Assembly (NCBI GenBank): GCA_963662335.2
Contig: CAXXVD010000002.1
Span: forward strand, 224,001-288,000
Origin: Chloroflexota bacterium
GTDB lineage: Bacteria; Chloroflexota; UBA11872; VXOZ01
Length of the DNA: 64,000 nt
Direction of reading: 5' to 3'
The notes under the pieces are model-generated. The model did not search any database, was not told the origin of the DNA, and was given only the letters and a program-made list of their open reading frames with translations. This document shows, in pieces, positions 61,142 through 64,000 of this stretch; within the stretch, counting starts at the first letter, position 1, and every line of letters starts with the position of its first letter. A program made the translations under genes and the position numbers.

Positions 61142-62152
61142 TCATTCCCGCGAAAGCGGAAAGGTGGATTCACACTGCAAGTGCAACACCTGTTTCAAGA
61201 ACACTTCGGTTGGCGTTTGAAAGTCAAGACACTTGCGCGGGGTGTGGTTATAGGCCTGCACCAGTTGCGCAAAGCGGTCTGCGGAGACCGTCGCCAGGTC
61301 GGTCTTGCGGGGCAGCACCCGCCGCAGGCGCCCGATGGCGTTTTCGACGCCTCCTTTCTGCCAGGGGGCGCGCGTGTCGCAGAAGAAGGTTTGTACGCCC
61401 AAGTCGTGGAGGCGGTAATGGCGAGCGAACTCGGTGCCGTTGTCGAAAGTGGCGGTCTGCCGCCAGTCCGGCGGAACCAGCGCCAGCAGGTCGCGCATGG
61501 CGCTGGCGATCGGCTCTGCGGCCTTGCCGTTGGTGCGGGTGGCCAGCAGCAGGCGCGAATGGCGCTCGTGCAGGGTCAAGACCGCTTGACCGCCTCTGCC
61601 AAAGAGCATCAGGTCTACCTCCCAGTGACCGGGTGTTTGCCGGTCCGCCGCCGCCGCGGGGCGCTCTGCCAAGGGCCGCCGGTGCGCGATGAACGAGGCC
61701 GGACTGCGTCTGCTGCGCTTGCGCCGCCGCCGCGCCGTCCGCCCCTGGGGCAGCAGGTCTGCCCACGAGTAGTCCTTGGTGCGCGCAATCTGCCCGTAGA
61801 TGAAGCGATAGATGCTCTCGTGAGAGATCACCGGCGCGCACCTGTCATGCGCCAAGCGCCCCGACACTTCCTCCGGCGACCACCCCAATGCCAAGCGCTC
61901 CAGCACATCCTCCCGCAATTCCGCGTCTCGCTCCAGCCGCATGCCGCGACAGCGACGTGCTTCGGCCTGCTCCTGCGCATACTCCGCTTGATACCCTGCT
62001 TGCCGCGAACTGTTGCGTTTTACCTCCCGCGAAATCGTCGACGGCGAGCGACCAAGAGCTGTAGCGATTTTGGCTTGCGTGAGTCTCGCGGCCTGAAGTC
62101 CGGCCAACTGACACCGCTCTGCATACGTGAATTGTGTGTATGATCTTCCCAT
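61142..62152 (-). CDS. IS30-family transposase
   Basis: RSPSTISREVKRN, WSPEEVSG, SHESIY, GHWEVD, TFDNGTEF, PWQKGGVEN and PRKCLDFQTP motifs. Confidence 0.95.
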   Translation of the reverse strand: MGRSYTQFTYAERCQLAGLQAARLTQAKIATALGRSPSTISREVKRNSSRQAGYQAEYAQEQAEARRCRGMRLERDAELREDVLERLALGWSPEEVSGRLAHDRCAPVISHESIYRFIYGQIARTKDYSWADLLPQGRTARRRRKRSRRSPASFIAHRRPLAERPAAAADRQTPGHWEVDLMLFGRGGQAVLTLHERHSRLLLATRTNGKAAEPIASAMRDLLALVPPDWRQTATFDNGTEFARHYRLHDLGVQTFFCDTRAPWQKGGVENAIGRLRRVLPRKTDLATVSADRFAQLVQAYNHTPRKCLDFQTPTEVFLKQVLHLQCESTFPLSRE

Positions 62153-62196
62153 GGCAACACCTTAGCATGATGTTGCACTTCACCTGTGAGTCTACC
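61163..62196 (-). mobile_element. IS30-family insertion sequence (1034 bp) inserted into a family C repeat
   Basis: 26-bp IRs (20/26 match) at 61163-61188 and 62171-62196. AAA duplication at 61160-61162 and 62197-62199. Confidence 0.9.
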
Positions 62197-62289
62197 AAAT
62201 CCACAGGGGGCGCGACCAAGATGGATTCCCGCCTGCGCGGGAATGACGGAGTTCAACCTGCTATCCTCTCGTAGCGTTGGCGAGGTACG

Positions 62290-63240
62290 ATGGCCGAGCG
62301 AGAAGTGCCGGATAATCCGGGCGCGAGACGCGCCGCGCCGGAAGGCGCGCCGGGCGGATTCTCCCCAGGACCGGATGCGCGGTGGGGCATACCGCTGATA
62401 TTCCTGGCCGTAATCGCCGCGCTGTGGCTCAGTTTTCGCCTGGTGCCCGACCTGGGCGCGCTGGTGGACGATCTGCCGCTCCGCTCCGCGGCCGCCACCC
62501 CGACGTTGACGATTGCCGCCGTTGCCGACGCCACGCCGACCCGGGGCGTCAGCCGGCCGCCCATTCCCACACCCACGGCCGCGTCGAACGGCCAAGCCTC
62601 CCAGTCTTCATCTACCCGTTCCGCCTTCGTGCCAAACGTCCTCCAGTCCAGTCAGGAGCGCGCGGTCGAATCGCTCAAGCAGCATGAACTCACCGCGGCT
62701 ATCGAAGAGGTCTTCGACGACAAGGTGGCGCCCGGCTTGGTTGTGAGCCAGCAGCCGGAGGCAAATACCTCGCTGGCGGTTGGCTCCACCGTCATCATCC
62801 GCATTAGCAAAGGCCCCGAAAACCGCACGATGCCCGACGTGGTCGGCCAGCCGGTGGAAAACGTCCGCGAGCAATTAGGCTTGCTCGGCGTCACCATCGA
62901 GGAAATCGAGCAGGCCAACGCTACGGAGGCGGCCGGTACCGTGCTGGCCCAAGACCCGCCGGCCGGCACACAGGTGGAGCCGGAGAGTACCGTGCGGATC
63001 ATCGTCAGCGCAGGAGTGGATCGAATACCCGTGCCGGACATGCGCGACAAGTACTTTGCTTTCGCCCAGCAGGAGTTGGCCGGCAGCGGGCTGCGGGGGG
63101 TAGTGGGCATCAAACTCACCAACGATTCCGGCAAGTGCGGCACCATTGCCAGCCAAAATCCGGAGCCCGGCACACCTGTTCCCCTAGATACCGATATCTA
63201 CCTCAACATTCGCGACGAGCCCGGCTGTACACCGCCCTAG
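62290..63240 (+). CDS. Membrane-anchored protein with three PASTA domains and no kinase domain
   Basis: One TM segment, Pro/Thr linker, three VP(N/D)V...SQxP.G repeats. Confidence 0.82.
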   Translation: MAEREVPDNPGARRAAPEGAPGGFSPGPDARWGIPLIFLAVIAALWLSFRLVPDLGALVDDLPLRSAAATPTLTIAAVADATPTRGVSRPPIPTPTAASNGQASQSSSTRSAFVPNVLQSSQERAVESLKQHELTAAIEEVFDDKVAPGLVVSQQPEANTSLAVGSTVIIRISKGPENRTMPDVVGQPVENVREQLGLLGVTIEEIEQANATEAAGTVLAQDPPAGTQVEPESTVRIIVSAGVDRIPVPDMRDKYFAFAQQELAGSGLRGVVGIKLTNDSGKCGTIASQNPEPGTPVPLDTDIYLNIRDEPGCTPP

Positions 63241-63287
63241 CGCGTCTCGCACCACAAATTGGCAGCGGACGGCAAGGGTCGCTCCCG

Positions 63288-64000
63288 TCACTGTGGCCGC
63301 AACGTGGATACGAACCGCTCCTCGCCCAGGATGCCCTTGGGCCGGAAGAGCAGCATGAGCACCAGCAGCGCCGCCATGAGCAGGAAGCGGAAGTGCGGCG
63401 CGCGGGCGCTCAACTCGGCCGGCACCAGCGCGTCGGTGGCAAACTGCGTGCCCGCCCAGATCGCCCAGAAAGCGAACGCGCCGAGGATCACGCCCTTGGT
63501 GTTGCCGCTGCCGCCCAGAATGAGCATCACCCAGATGATGAACGTGCCGTGCAGCGGATCGAAGACGCTGGGGCTGATGGCGCCGGCGTTGTGGGCGTAG
63601 AGCGCGCCGCCGACGCCCATCACCATCGCGCCCAGCGCCAGCGCCTGCAGCTTGAAGCCAAACACGTTCTTGCCGTAGGCCGCGGCCACCACCTCGTCCT
63701 CCCGTATCGCCCGCAGCACGCGCCCCCACGGCGAGCGAATCATCCGCTCCAGCAGCACCGCCACCACCGCCAGCACGACCACCACGATGACCAGGTAGAC
63801 GTAGTTGTAGTAGGCCGGCGGCACCAAATCGTAGAGCGGACGCGGGATGCCCACCAGCCCTTTGGAGCCGTTGGCGAGCCACTGCTCGTTGTTGAAGACC
63901 AGCCGGATGCTCTCCGCGATGCCGATCGTGGCGATTGCCAGATAGTCCGCGCGCAGGCGCAGGGTGGGAATGCCGATCAGCACGGCGATAATGCCGCAGA
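63288..64000 (-). CDS. Branched-chain amino acid ABC permease (LivM type); 5' end lies outside the window
   Basis: LRLRADYLAIAT, SPWGRVLRAIREDE, LGGSGN and FRPKGI motifs. Confidence 0.9.
   Translation of the reverse strand, partial: CGIIAVLIGIPTLRLRADYLAIATIGIAESIRLVFNNEQWLANGSKGLVGIPRPLYDLVPPAYYNYVYLVIVVVVLAVVAVLLERMIRSPWGRVLRAIREDEVVAAAYGKNVFGFKLQALALGAMVMGVGGALYAHNAGAISPSVFDPLHGTFIIWVMLILGGSGNTKGVILGAFAFWAIWAGTQFATDALVPAELSARAPHFRFLLMAALLVLMLLFRPKGILGEERFVSTLRPQ

Overview
A GC-rich bacterial chromosome segment. The gene complement, protein style and intergenic repeats suggest Chloroflexota, but this is inferred and not verified. Housekeeping blocks (3' rpoC, dtd, pdhABC-lpdA, tsaC, proA, dcd; and UbiD-family decarboxylase, rny-spoVS, fabF-accB-bioY-acpP-rnc-smc) flank a ~14.7 kb phage-derived module at 19300-34049. 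On the minus strand the module encodes small and large terminase, portal, a fused prohead protease-scaffold-Mu-gpT-like capsid protein, neck proteins, two distal-tail-like paralogues, a propeller/hub protein and a small spike-like protein. A divergent LexA-like repressor and a sigma-70-family factor face it. I recognise no integrase, transposase, replication, tape-measure, sheath or endolysin gene in it. Its ORFs and catalytic motifs look intact, while its spacers are full of the host's REP-like repeats. The best reading is a domesticated, gene-transfer-agent-like particle system, which is the main candidate novelty. The window also carries an IS5, an IS30 that borrows its stop codon from its target repeat, three nested MITEs, several GTAG-type REP families, a HicB-HicB-'HicA' fusion, an orphan trio of antiporter-like membrane subunits behind the UbiD gene, and an 18-bp hairpin array between rny and spoVS. 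All protein calls come from motif recognition by eye; no searches were run.
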